64,000 nucleotides of DNA from Xanthobacteraceae bacterium (GCA_036845025.1 DAIUEQ010000002.1:5409-69408); one strand, 5' to 3'; numbered from the stretch's first letter, positions 34,348 to 43,988 are shown. The notes: generated by a model not told the origin, from the letters alone. Made by a program: numbers and translations.

Positions 34348-35445
34348 TTACGCGTGTACTTGCGGCCGATTCTCGGTTGCGCTCGCCAGCGCGCCCGCTG
34401 TCGCCGCCAAAATCTCATCGATGCCAATCTCCTGCATACAACGATGGTGGCCGAGCCGGCACACCGGCTTGTGGCAGGGGCGGCAGTCGAGCTTGGACTC
34501 GGTTTCTATTGTTGCGGCGAGCGGGTTTAATGGCGCCCAGTGCCATGGGCTAGTCGGGCCAAAAATGCCGACCGTCGGAACGCCCAACGCTGCGGCGACA
34601 TGCAGCAGGCCCGAATCGTTAGAAACGGCCGCCGCCGCCGAAGCCAGCGCGAGGATGGCGTCACGCAAATCGGTGCCGGTCAGATCGCGAGCGGCTGTAT
34701 CCCCAATGATTTCGGCAGCAAGCGCTTTCTCCGCGGGGCCTCCCAACACCCAAACCGAGGCGCCGGTCGCCAATAAACGCCGTGTCAGCGCCGCATAGGC
34801 ACTGGCGGGCCAGCGTTTCGACGGTCCAACGGCGCCGGGCGCAAGCGCCACGACGGGACCAGTGTCAGCGTTCAGGCCGCGGCTTTGGCGCCAAGCGGCG
34901 GATGACGCCGCCGGCATTGCCAATTGGGGCATAGGCCAAGATGGGGGCCGGCTCGCGCCCGCTGGCAAAGCCAGCATGGCGCAACGGTCCACCATGCGTG
35001 GCAATCTGCGTTCGCCGAAGCGGATGTCATTGAGCAGGAGAAACCGTGCTTCCCCGAGAAATCCGGTGCGCTGCGGGATTCCCGCGAGGAAGGGCGCTAG
35101 TGCCGATTTCCAGGTTCGCGGCATGACCAGCGCACTGCCATAATCTTCGCGCTTGAGCCGCGCCGCCAGTGCCGATTGCTCCGCTAGAGCCACACGGCTG
35201 CGCGGAAGGTCCCAAACGACAGCCTGTCGAACGCCCGGCATGTAGTCGGCAAGCGGGGCGCACAGGGTTGTCGCCAAGACGTCCACGGGGCGGCCCGGGT
35301 AGCGCGCCCGGAGAACCTGCACGACGGAATGGCACCGAACGAAATCGCCGATCCACATGTATGGAACGAGCAGGATCGGCCCAATCTTCTCTGGGCCATC
35401 TCGTTGTATGGCAAGAGATGAATTAAAATCCGCCATTATGAACAA
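34348..35445 (-). CDS. waaF: ADP-heptose:LPS heptosyltransferase II (GT9)
   Basis: Colinear with RfaF from memory (WIGDFVRCHSVVQVLRARYP, PRTWKSALAPFLAGIPQRTGFLGE, NDSGLLHVAAALG, C-terminal CxxxxC). Confidence 0.75.
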   Translation of the reverse strand: MFIMADFNSSLAIQRDGPEKIGPILLVPYMWIGDFVRCHSVVQVLRARYPGRPVDVLATTLCAPLADYMPGVRQAVVWDLPRSRVALAEQSALAARLKREDYGSALVMPRTWKSALAPFLAGIPQRTGFLGEARFLLLNDIRFGERRLPRMVDRCAMLALPAGASRPPSWPMPQLAMPAASSAAWRQSRGLNADTGPVVALAPGAVGPSKRWPASAYAALTRRLLATGASVWVLGGPAEKALAAEIIGDTAARDLTGTDLRDAILALASAAAAVSNDSGLLHVAAALGVPTVGIFGPTSPWHWAPLNPLAATIETESKLDCRPCHKPVCRLGHHRCMQEIGIDEILAATAGALASATENRPQVHA

Positions 35446-35570
35446 AGATTCATTTCTATGTTATGGGCGCGTCGCCTCAGGCTCCTCACCATCGTCTTAT
35501 CCATTGTTGCGCGAGCGGCGAGACTAAGGCAAAGGGGGACCGGCAACCTCAAAGCGGTATCACGGCATCG

Positions 35571-36551
35571 ATGTTGTTGGTCACCGGCGGGGCCGGCTTC
35601 ATCGGGTCCAACATGGTCGCGAGCCTCAATGAGGCCGGGCGCGCCGATATCGCTATAAGTGACATCCTCGGCAGCGACGCCAAGTGGCGCAATCTCGCCG
35701 GCCGCCAGCTTGCCGATTTCGTCCCACCCGCCGAACTCTTGCCATGGCTCGATGGCCGTAAGCTCGATGCGGTGATCCACTTCGGCGCGATCTCGTCGAC
35801 GACTGCCACGGACGCCGACAACGTCATCGAAACCAATTTCCGGCTGTCGCTGCGCTTGCTCGATTGGTGTGCGGCTACGCGGACGCCCTTTATCTATGCC
35901 TCCTCCGCCGCGACCTATGGCAATGGCGAGGCAGGCTTTATCGATGACTATTCGCTGGCGGCGCTCAAGCGATTGAAGCCGATGAACCTCTACGGCTGGA
36001 GCAAGCATTTGTTCGACCTCGCCGTCGTCGAACGCGCCGCGCGTAAGGACAAACTGCCGCCGCAATGGGTGGGACTCAAATTCTTCAACGTGTTCGGCCC
36101 CAATGAATACCACAAAGGCGAGATGATGAGCCTCGTCGCCAAGCGTTTCGCCGATGCCAAGGCCGGCCGCCCGGTACGTCTGTTCAAATCGTACCGTTCC
36201 GGGATCGGCGACGGCGAGCAGACGCGGGATTTCATTTACGTCGAAGATGCGATCAGCGTAGTTCACTGGCTTCTCGAGACGCCGTCGGTCTCGGGGATCT
36301 TTAACGTCGGCACCGGTGAGGCGCGGAGCTTTCGCGATTTGATCACGGCGATGTTTACGGCGCTCGGCCGCGAACCGATGATCGAATATATCGAGATGCC
36401 CGAATCGATTCGCGACAGCTATCAATATTTTACCCAGGCGCAGATGGAAAATCTCCGCCAAGCAGGATTTAATGCCGCCTTCGCCACCCTCGAACAGGGC
36501 GTGGCGCGCTACGTAAAGAGTTATCTCGATCGTCGCGAGCATTATCGGTGA
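35571..36551 (+). CDS. hldD: ADP-L-glycero-D-manno-heptose 6-epimerase
   Basis: Start is at ATG 35571 (MLLVTGGAGFIGSNMV). SDR-type YGWSK is present, with HldD-like blocks (FKFFNVFGPNEYHKG, RDFIYVED). Confidence 0.85.
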   Translation: MLLVTGGAGFIGSNMVASLNEAGRADIAISDILGSDAKWRNLAGRQLADFVPPAELLPWLDGRKLDAVIHFGAISSTTATDADNVIETNFRLSLRLLDWCAATRTPFIYASSAATYGNGEAGFIDDYSLAALKRLKPMNLYGWSKHLFDLAVVERAARKDKLPPQWVGLKFFNVFGPNEYHKGEMMSLVAKRFADAKAGRPVRLFKSYRSGIGDGEQTRDFIYVEDAISVVHWLLETPSVSGIFNVGTGEARSFRDLITAMFTALGREPMIEYIEMPESIRDSYQYFTQAQMENLRQAGFNAAFATLEQGVARYVKSYLDRREHYR

Positions 36552-38086
36552 AGGCCGCGATGCGCAGCGAGCAAAAGATGTTCAACTTTGAACGCGCGCT
36601 CCAGCGCATTCCCGAGCAGCGCATCCTCTGCGTCGGCGATGTCATGCTCGACGATTTCGTTTATGGCGACGTCTCGCGTATTTCTCCCGAGGCACCGACT
36701 CCCGTTCTCAAGGTCAGCCACAACGTCGTTGGTATTGGCGGCGCCGGCACGGTGGCGCGTAATGCGGCGGCGCTCGGTGCGCATTGCGTCTTTGTCAGTC
36801 TCGTCGGCGATGACGATGCCGGGCGCAGGTTAACCGAAGAGTTCGCCGGTCTCGGCGGATTGGTTGACGCCAAGCTCGTGGTTGATTCCGCGCGGCAAAC
36901 CACGCGCAAGGTTCGCTTTGTATCCGAACATTATTCGAGCCATCTGATCCGGGCTGATTGGGAGACAGCCGATCCGGCCGGGCGCCACAGCGAGTCGGCG
37001 ATTATTGCGCATGCGCGCGAGGCGTTGTCCCGCGTCGACGCTGTGGTGCTGTCCGACTTCGCCAAGGGCGTGCTGACGCCGCGCGTCGTACGCACCCTTA
37101 TCGATCACGCCGGGCGTCTGGGCATACCCATCATTGTCGATCCAAAGGGTCACGATTACGCGGTCTATCGCGGCGCGACGCTGCTCACGCCAAATCGCTT
37201 GGAACTGGCCGCCGCCATTCATCGGCCGGTCGGATCCGACACCGAGATCGCGGCCGCCGCGGCGGAGCTGGCCCGTGCTGTCGGCAGCGACGCGGTACTG
37301 ATCACCCGCAGCGAAGAAGGCATGACCTTGCACGTCGAGAATCGCGCGCCGGTCCACGTTGCCGCCCATCCGGTGAAGGTACGCGACGTTTCCGGCGCGG
37401 GAGACACCGTCACGACCGTAATGGCGCTGTTGCTCGCGATGAAAGCGCCATTCGAGCCGGCGATGCGTGCCGCAAACGCGGCGGCCTCGGTGGTCGTCGG
37501 CAAACGTGGAACGGCGACGTTAACACTCGCCGAACTTCGCCATCGCCTTCTGCCCGCCGCGTCGCTTGCGCTCGAAGAGAAGATCATATTCGATTGGTCC
37601 GTACTCGACGAACGGCTTGCAAGCTGGCGCCGCCAATCATTACGGATCGGATTCACCAACGGCTGTTTCGATCTCATGCATCGCGGCCATGTCAGGCTAT
37701 TGACCGAAGCTCGCGCGGCCTGCGACCGTCTCGTGGTTGGCCTCAACAGCGATCTCTCGACGCGGCGGCTCAAAGGCGAAGGCCGGCCGATCAATCCTGC
37801 CGAGGCGCGGGCCGAGGTTCTCGCGGCGTTCGAGGCCGTGGACCTCGTCGTCATATTCGAACAAGAAACGCCGCTCGAACTGATCAAGCGAGTTAAGCCG
37901 TCCGTCTTGATCAAGGGTGCCGATTACCGACTTGAGGATGTCGTCGGTCGCAAAGAGGTCGAAGCCGCGGGCGGCGACGTCATCCTGGTTGATCTCGTTC
38001 CCGGACAGTCAACCACTGGGTTGGTGCGCCGTTCTGCCCAGTCCGCGCCGCGGCCGCTCCGCTCGCTTAAACCGGCAAAGTCCTGA
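36548..38086 (+). CDS. hldE: Bifunctional D-beta-D-heptose 7-phosphate kinase / heptose 1-phosphate adenylyltransferase
   Basis: The GTG overlaps the hldD stop as GTGA. The N-terminal PfkB-type kinase (ILCVGDVMLDDFVYG, DVSGAGDTV) is followed by a cytidylyltransferase domain (GFTNGCFDLMHRGHV). A ~30-aa C-terminal extension is present. Confidence 0.85.
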   Translation: MKAAMRSEQKMFNFERALQRIPEQRILCVGDVMLDDFVYGDVSRISPEAPTPVLKVSHNVVGIGGAGTVARNAAALGAHCVFVSLVGDDDAGRRLTEEFAGLGGLVDAKLVVDSARQTTRKVRFVSEHYSSHLIRADWETADPAGRHSESAIIAHAREALSRVDAVVLSDFAKGVLTPRVVRTLIDHAGRLGIPIIVDPKGHDYAVYRGATLLTPNRLELAAAIHRPVGSDTEIAAAAAELARAVGSDAVLITRSEEGMTLHVENRAPVHVAAHPVKVRDVSGAGDTVTTVMALLLAMKAPFEPAMRAANAAASVVVGKRGTATLTLAELRHRLLPAASLALEEKIIFDWSVLDERLASWRRQSLRIGFTNGCFDLMHRGHVRLLTEARAACDRLVVGLNSDLSTRRLKGEGRPINPAEARAEVLAAFEAVDLVVIFEQETPLELIKRVKPSVLIKGADYRLEDVVGRKEVEAAGGDVILVDLVPGQSTTGLVRRSAQSAPRPLRSLKPAKS

Positions 38087-38105
38087 CCAACGAACAGGCC
38101 CGCGC

Positions 38106-39350
38106 ATGAGCGCTTGGTCCATTTTGCCCGGCCTTAATCGTGCCGGTTGGCTACGGGCCGCCGATTGGTTTGCGCTCGCCGTCGCGGTGACGCTTCCGTG
38201 GTCGACGACCGCGACGGGCATTTTCATCGCCTTGTGGCTGATTACGATCTTGCCGGCGATGGAGTTCGGCATGCTGCGGCGCGAGCTCACGAGGGCGGCG
38301 GGTTTTCTGCCGGTCGCGCTTTGGGTTCTCGCAGCGATTGGCATGCTGTGGGCGGACGTGACATGGGCCGAGCGTTTGGCGGGTCTCGGAAAATTTCACC
38401 GCCTACTGCTCATTCCGGTCTTGTTGGCGCACTTTCGCGTTTCAGAGCGCGGCATTTATGTCGTGTACGGTTTTTTTTCATCGGTACTCTTGTTGTTGAT
38501 CGTGTCCTGGGGATTAGCGGTCATTCCCGGCCTGCCATGGCGCGGGATGCATCAGCCCGGCGTTCCCGCTAAGGATTATATCTTTCAAAGCACGGACTTC
38601 CTGATTTGCGCGTTTGCACTTCTTGGATACGCCGTCGTGGAGGGACGGGCGCGGCGCTGGCGCCTAACGCTCGTCCTCATCATCTTAAGCGGACTTTTCT
38701 TAGCCAACATCTTCTTTGTCATCAGCAGCCGGACCAGCTTCGTGGTTGCGCCGGTTTTGTTGTTGTTATTTGGTTGGCGGCAATTCGGGTGGCGGGGGTT
38801 TGTTGGCGCTGGCTTGATCGCCGTCCTGCTTGGTGTCGGCATCTGGTTCGGTTCGCCTTATGTGCGGGAGCGCATTGACACTTCGCTCATCGAGCTTCGC
38901 TACTATCGCGAAAGCAACACGCTCAGCTCGACGGCCCTGCACCTCGAATTCTTGCGAAAATCGGTTTTGTTCATCGAGGCGGCGCCGATCATCGGTCATG
39001 GCACCGGTTCGATCGGGGAGGAGTTCCGCAATGCCGCGCTTGGGCAGACCGGAGCGTCAGCTGAGCTTGTGCAAAATCCGCATAACCAGATCTTCGCCGT
39101 CGCCATCCAACTCGGCATTATCGGTGCCGCCTTGTTGCTGGCGATGTGGGCCGCGCATCTCATTCTATTTGCGCGTGAAGGACTGATCGCCTGGATGGGC
39201 TTGGTCCTGGTGACGGAAAATATAGTTTCGTCGCTGTTCAACTCGCATTTGTTCGACTTTACGTCCGGCTGGCTTTACGTTTTCGGTGTCGGGGTGCTCG
39301 GCGGGATGGTGCTGCGAGAGCGAGATGCCGCGGCCGTTTCCGCTCCCTGA
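38106..39350 (+). CDS. O-antigen ligase/polymerase (Wzy_C) family membrane protein
   Basis: 414 aa from ATG 38106 with ~10 hydrophobic segments. A large loop carries Wzy_C-like SRTS..GHGTGS..HN motifs (VISSRTSFVVAP, IIGHGTGSIG, QNPHNQIFAVA). Confidence 0.75.
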   Translation: MSAWSILPGLNRAGWLRAADWFALAVAVTLPWSTTATGIFIALWLITILPAMEFGMLRRELTRAAGFLPVALWVLAAIGMLWADVTWAERLAGLGKFHRLLLIPVLLAHFRVSERGIYVVYGFFSSVLLLLIVSWGLAVIPGLPWRGMHQPGVPAKDYIFQSTDFLICAFALLGYAVVEGRARRWRLTLVLIILSGLFLANIFFVISSRTSFVVAPVLLLLFGWRQFGWRGFVGAGLIAVLLGVGIWFGSPYVRERIDTSLIELRYYRESNTLSSTALHLEFLRKSVLFIEAAPIIGHGTGSIGEEFRNAALGQTGASAELVQNPHNQIFAVAIQLGIIGAALLLAMWAAHLILFAREGLIAWMGLVLVTENIVSSLFNSHLFDFTSGWLYVFGVGVLGGMVLRERDAAAVSAP

Positions 39351-40255
39351 ATTAGAGCGATAAGGCCATCGCGCGTGTCGTGGAGTGGTTGCCAGCCCGC
39401 CGCCAGAAGCTTGGCCGGATCGGCCCGCAGATTGCCACTGAGGCGCTCCCAAAGGTCGGGGCGCAGAAACCGCATCGGCATTTCCACGGTCGGCCTGGAC
39501 AACGCGAAGATCATCGGACGTCTTCCCTGTGCTTGGCGCAAGATCGCCATCACTTCCGCGAGCCGCGGTGGGGTTCCGGGATCGGCGACGATATAGGTCT
39601 CATTCAAGGCGACCGCGGCGGAAAGCACGAACTCTACGGCAGAGACGAGGTTATCGACCCCAAGGAGCGAACGGCGGTTGACGAAATCCTTTACTGGAAG
39701 CGGCCAGCGTGATTGCGCGGCGCGCAGCAGCAAGCCGAAGTTTCCTTTCACGCCGGGCCCATAAAGCGGGACCGGCCGCAGGATGCTGAAGGGTACGCCG
39801 GCGGCGCGCACCGCTGCTTCGGCCGCGAGTTTTGAGCGGCCGTATCCGTCGGTCGCTTCCGGCGCATCACGCTCGGTCAACGCATGATCCGCCGAGGGGC
39901 CGGTCTGCGCGCGGATCGAAGAGATAAACACGAACCGAGAAATCCCGGACTCCGCCGCGGCACGTGCGAGCCGCTCAGTTGCCCATCGATTGACGCGGTC
40001 GTGCAGGGCCGTATCGGCGGCGCCGGAATCCGCAATAGCGGCAAGATGGATGACCCGGTCGACGCCGGTAAGGAGCGGCTTCCAATCGAACTCTGACGCC
40101 AAATCGGGAAGCTCGACGACCTCAATTCCGGCAGGCAAAGGAGAGCGCGGCGGGCTTCGCTGAGCGGCACGCAACACAAACCCGCGTTGTGCCAGAGCGG
40201 TCAGTGCGGCCCGACCGACGAAACCGGCTGCACCGGTCACCAAAATCCGAGTCAC
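39275..40255 (-). CDS. NAD-dependent epimerase/dehydratase family protein
   Basis: 326 aa with a Rossmann motif (ILVTGAAGFVGRA) and catalytic YGRSK. Confidence 0.8.
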   Translation of the reverse strand: MTRILVTGAAGFVGRAALTALAQRGFVLRAAQRSPPRSPLPAGIEVVELPDLASEFDWKPLLTGVDRVIHLAAIADSGAADTALHDRVNRWATERLARAAAESGISRFVFISSIRAQTGPSADHALTERDAPEATDGYGRSKLAAEAAVRAAGVPFSILRPVPLYGPGVKGNFGLLLRAAQSRWPLPVKDFVNRRSLLGVDNLVSAVEFVLSAAVALNETYIVADPGTPPRLAEVMAILRQAQGRRPMIFALSRPTVEMPMRFLRPDLWERLSGNLRADPAKLLAAGWQPLHDTRDGLIALIQGAETAAASRSRSTIPPSTPTPKT

Positions 40256-40281
40256 GGCTTACACCCGAACAAATACTGTAG

Positions 40282-40318
40282 GGCGCAGCGCGAGGCGCAC
40301 TGCGCCGGAAATTTTTTT
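40282..40318. terminator. GC hairpin with T7 run, a possible terminator of ambiguous orientation
   Basis: ggcgcag (40282-88) pairs with ctgcgcc (40300-06), followed after 5 nt by ttttttt (40312-18) on the + strand. There is no + strand gene upstream. It lies downstream of the minus-strand lipoprotein gene. Confidence 0.3.
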
Positions 40319-40364
40319 CCCCGGTCCGATCATCGGCAGTGCGCGGGCGTGGCCGTTCTGCTGC

Positions 40365-40838
40365 CTAATGCAAGGGATCAAGTTCAACTCCATCCGGGGG
40401 TTTTACCGTGACCGGTATGTCATCGAATGGCGTATATGTTTGCTCGCCGCAGCCGTCCGTTGTAACGGCGTAGCGGCTGTCGGTGACCTTATCTGTTTGA
40501 ATGAATACGGCATAGGTTCGTACGCGGCCGCGCTCCTGAAATTGAATGCAGCTCAGCCAGCTCCAGCCTTTGACCGTGTGCACCCAGCGCGCGTCCGATA
40601 TCTCGAAACTCTCGTAGGTGGCGATCTCCTTGAATGATTTTTTGAGATAATCACCGATGATTTTATGGAATGCGGCTGGATTCGGCGCGGAGGTCGGCGC
40701 GTCAGTTTGCGTCAGCGCGACGCCACTGCAGCCCAGCAACACAAGCGGCAGCAACAGCGTCGCACGCGCACAATCTCTTAACCGGGCGCCAGCGCTAAAC
40801 ACGCGGCGCGGCCTCGGGTCCTTTAGTTCAGCGCTCAT
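40365..40838 (-). CDS. Putative lipoprotein, unknown function
   Basis: 157 aa with a signal peptide and lipobox LVLLGCSG. No family recognised. Confidence 0.5.
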   Translation of the reverse strand: MSAELKDPRPRRVFSAGARLRDCARATLLLPLVLLGCSGVALTQTDAPTSAPNPAAFHKIIGDYLKKSFKEIATYESFEISDARWVHTVKGWSWLSCIQFQERGRVRTYAVFIQTDKVTDSRYAVTTDGCGEQTYTPFDDIPVTVKPPDGVELDPLH

Positions 40839-41006
40839 GCTTTTAAGGTGGACGACCAGCCGAACGTGTCACCCCATTTTTCGGAAGCCATTAGCAAATC
40901 TTTGACAGCTGCGCGATAGTTGCGTTTCGGTCGCAGCGTGAGACAGACATAGTCCCGCCACGAACGTGCCGTTGATCGCAAAGAGTCGGCCGGAGAATTA
41001 TCGAAG

Positions 41007-41411
41007 GTGAAGCTCAACCCGAACAAGAGCGCGCGGATCGATCCAAATCGGTTGGTCGCGTCGCTCCGACGCCCCGGCAATTTGAGCAGGCCGGCCCTGG
41101 GGCCGGTGCTGCTGGTGTTGTGCGGCCTGTGTCTGGGCTCGTGCTCGTCCATTTCCGCCACCGTGACTGATCACTGGCCGACCTGGGCGGGGGGAATGCC
41201 CAACGACGTTCCGCCGCGGCCCGGCGCGCCGGGCTACGAGGAGTTCCTGGCCCACCAGCAACGCTCAGATCCGGCGGCGACTTCGCCAACTGCAGACGCC
41301 AACACCCAAGCAACATCCATTGTTGCCTCACCGAACAAGACGAGCGGCCGCCCACCACCGGCAAATCAACCGGAAGAAAATTCCGGCGCAGCCCAGGGCG
41401 GGCTGTACTAA
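41007..41411 (+). CDS. Putative lipoprotein, Pro-rich, unknown function
   Basis: GTG start with a hydrophobic segment VLLVLCGLCLGSCSS (lipobox-like L-G-S-C). The C-terminal half is low-complexity and Pro/Ala-rich. Confidence 0.45.
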   Translation: MKLNPNKSARIDPNRLVASLRRPGNLSRPALGPVLLVLCGLCLGSCSSISATVTDHWPTWAGGMPNDVPPRPGAPGYEEFLAHQQRSDPAATSPTADANTQATSIVASPNKTSGRPPPANQPEENSGAAQGGLY

Positions 41412-41426
41412 CCGCGGCGCAGATCG

Positions 41427-42437
41427 TCAGGCGACACCGGCCCGCAATAGATCGTGGAAGTGTACGATGCCGACCGGCTTCTCGCCGTCGACGACAATGA
41501 GCGCCGTGATCTTGGAAGAATTGAGGAGTTGCAGCGCTTCGCCTGCGAGCTGCTCCGGCCGTACGACTTTCGGCGATGCCGTCATGATCTCGTCAACAGC
41601 CGCCTGGAGCAAATCGACACGCATATGACGTCGCAAATCGCCGTCGGTAATTACCCCGGCAAGCCGCCCGTCGGGCTCGACGACCGCGACACAGCCAAAG
41701 CCCTTGGCCGACATTTCGACGATCGCTTCCGACATTAAAGCACCTCGCCGAATCAACGGAACGGCGGTTCCGGGATGCATGACGTCGCGAATGAGTTTCA
41801 AGGCCGCGCCCAGCCGGCCGCGCGGATGGAAAACGCCGAAATCAATCGCGGTGAAGCCTCTGCTTTCGAGAAGCGCAATGGCCAGCGCGTCTCCCAAAGC
41901 GAGCTGCATAAGCGCCGACGTAGTTGGAGCCAGGTTGTGCGGACAGGCTTCGCGGGCTTGCGGCAGCGCCAGTACGATATCGGCGGCCTTGCCAAGCGTA
42001 CTGGCAGCGTTGCCGGTCACGGCGATCAGGGAGATACCGAAGCGGCGCGAATAGGTGATCAGATTCTTCAGTTCCTCGGTCTCGCCCGACCACGACAGGG
42101 CGAGCATCACATCGTCCGATGTGATCATGCCGAGGTCGCCATGGCTTGCGTCCGCGGCATGCACAAAGAACGCGGGCGTTCCGGTCGAGGCGAGTGTCGC
42201 CGCTATTTTACGGGCGACGTGGCCGGATTTTCCCATCCCGGTGACGATCAAACGACCCCGGGCTCCGCGAATTTCTTCGACGGCAGCGACAAAAGCGGCG
42301 CCCAAGCCGTCGCCAACTGCCGTGGCAAGCGCCGCCAGTCCTTCGTTTTCGGTTTCGATTGAGCGCAAAGCCGAGGCGACGAATGCGTGCATCGCGGGTC
42401 GCATTGGCCTTGCGTTGGCTGGACTCATTTTCCGCAT
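41427..42437 (-). CDS. kdsD: Arabinose-5-phosphate isomerase (KdsD/KpsF/GutQ family: SIS plus tandem CBS domains)
   Basis: Has the SIS block LIVTGMGKSGHVARKIAATL and a C-terminal CBS pair. The start may be an internal ATG. Confidence 0.85.
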   Translation of the reverse strand: MRKMSPANARPMRPAMHAFVASALRSIETENEGLAALATAVGDGLGAAFVAAVEEIRGARGRLIVTGMGKSGHVARKIAATLASTGTPAFFVHAADASHGDLGMITSDDVMLALSWSGETEELKNLITYSRRFGISLIAVTGNAASTLGKAADIVLALPQAREACPHNLAPTTSALMQLALGDALAIALLESRGFTAIDFGVFHPRGRLGAALKLIRDVMHPGTAVPLIRRGALMSEAIVEMSAKGFGCVAVVEPDGRLAGVITDGDLRRHMRVDLLQAAVDEIMTASPKVVRPEQLAGEALQLLNSSKITALIVVDGEKPVGIVHFHDLLRAGVA

Positions 42438-42488
42438 ACAGTTCGCCTAGTTCTGCGGCGCGCGATAAGGCGACGTCAGCCGCATATC

Positions 42489-43988
42489 TTACTTCTTTTC
42501 CCATGCAGCGAAGGCCTCGGCGAAGGCGCGATCGCCCGGCGGGCCCTTCTCCATCGCCAAAATCGCGCGACCGCCGTTGGTGTAGACAATCGGGATATCG
42601 AACCAGGGCCGATCCTTGAGCAATTGCACATTGCGCTGCATGTCGGCCTCGACGGCCGAAAGACCGATCAGGAAGAAGCCGTTTGTAACCTTGACCGCCA
42701 GTCCGGCGAGCGGAGTGCCGCGTGCCTGCTCCGATTGCTTCATCAGTATCCCGGGCACGTTAGCGATGCCGCCGCCGGCGAAATCAGCCGGCAAGTTGAA
42801 CATCACTTCGATGGTATGGCTGGCCGGCAGGGATTGGTCGCTGTTACGTCGCAATGACCAAGTGACCGTCATGCGGCGTTCCGGAATCTCGATATCGGCG
42901 CGAACCGCAAGTTCGGGCGCGAGCCCCGATCCGGGTGAAATTGTTTCGGTGCGCCAAATCGCTGACCCCGCATAGCGTTTGCCCGAGGGGTCGTTCGGGT
43001 CTTCCTCGTAAAGCACGACGCGTTGGGCGACCGCAGGCGGCGGCTGTGCGGAGGGTGCGGCGCCTGCGGCGGGGGCCTGGCTGGCGCCCTCCTGCGGGAC
43101 GCGGCCGGCAAATTTTGGCTCCGCCGCGGGTGACGCGGCGGTCGACTGGGTTGGCGGTTTGGTTCCGATCTGAGTGACGCGGTGATAGAAGCCGGCAAGG
43201 TTGGACCATTGCCAACTCACCAATCCCGCCACGCCGGCAAAGATAACGAGTGCGACAATAAGCTTGGCGAGGCCGCGGTAGGAGCGCGGGGGACGAGCTT
43301 GCTCCGGTTCATGCTCAAAAGTCGGGGTCGGCAGATATCGAGCTGATTGGGCGGCGACGTGATCATCTTCAAACTCGAAACCCGATTCTCTACCGTCGAG
43401 CTGTTCTAGGTGCTCGGTGCTGTTCAGGTTCTCAAATCGTTGCGCATAGTTGCGCTGTGCTGGCGCGTCGGGCCGGTCCGCAATACGCGCGGAAGCCGCC
43501 GCCGCTCCGTAAGAGTCACGCGTGTCTTGTTCTGCATCGAATTCGCCGTCGGCATGCTCCTCGTTGCCGCCCACGGCATCGCGAAAGCCTTTTATGCCGT
43601 CGCGGGTCAGCGACGCGGCGCGAGCGCTGAGCAAACGCTCGCGCGCGCTCGGCGGCAGATAAGCGCGGCGCTGCGCTTCGGCTTTTGTCGCCGCCGCGGC
43701 AGGTCTCGGTGCGGTGGGTCCGCTTCGCCGCGCCGGCGCAGCGGCCACTCGGGTTTCGCGCAATTCCGTGCGGGCTTTACGGGCGTTCTCGCCTTCGACT
43801 CTGCGAATCGCGTCTTCGAGCGCGAGCCTTTCCTTAGTTATCTCGGTTTCGGAGAGGGGAGGATCAACCGACCGCAACTGCGTCACTAGCGCGGTGCGCG
43901 CTCGCTCGTAGAGCGCGCGGCGTGCTTCGCCCGTGCTTTTTTGCAGCCCCTCCACGGCGCGGGCAATCAGCGGATGATAGTCGGTCAT
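42489..43988 (-). CDS. Conserved-looking hypothetical protein with a central TM anchor
   Basis: 499 aa. It has a helical N-terminal domain (MTDYHPLIARAVEGL..), a long Ala/Arg/Pro-rich linker, one TM helix (LAKLIVALVIFAGVAGLVSW), and a ~200-aa C-terminal globular region. Confidence 0.6.
   Translation of the reverse strand: MTDYHPLIARAVEGLQKSTGEARRALYERARTALVTQLRSVDPPLSETEITKERLALEDAIRRVEGENARKARTELRETRVAAAPARRSGPTAPRPAAAATKAEAQRRAYLPPSARERLLSARAASLTRDGIKGFRDAVGGNEEHADGEFDAEQDTRDSYGAAAASARIADRPDAPAQRNYAQRFENLNSTEHLEQLDGRESGFEFEDDHVAAQSARYLPTPTFEHEPEQARPPRSYRGLAKLIVALVIFAGVAGLVSWQWSNLAGFYHRVTQIGTKPPTQSTAASPAAEPKFAGRVPQEGASQAPAAGAAPSAQPPPAVAQRVVLYEEDPNDPSGKRYAGSAIWRTETISPGSGLAPELAVRADIEIPERRMTVTWSLRRNSDQSLPASHTIEVMFNLPADFAGGGIANVPGILMKQSEQARGTPLAGLAVKVTNGFFLIGLSAVEADMQRNVQLLKDRPWFDIPIVYTNGGRAILAMEKGPPGDRAFAEAFAAWEKK

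Noticed and set aside
35436-36542. 368-aa minus-strand ORF
   Set aside because: It is fully antisense to hldD, whose translation has clear SDR/epimerase motifs. The antisense product has no motifs and Arg-rich composition.
36958-37896. 312-aa ORF in an alternative frame within hldE
   Set aside because: Extreme Arg content (runs of RRR/GRR) marks it as an out-of-frame artefact of GC-rich coding DNA. The hldE frame carries the kinase and adenylyltransferase motifs.
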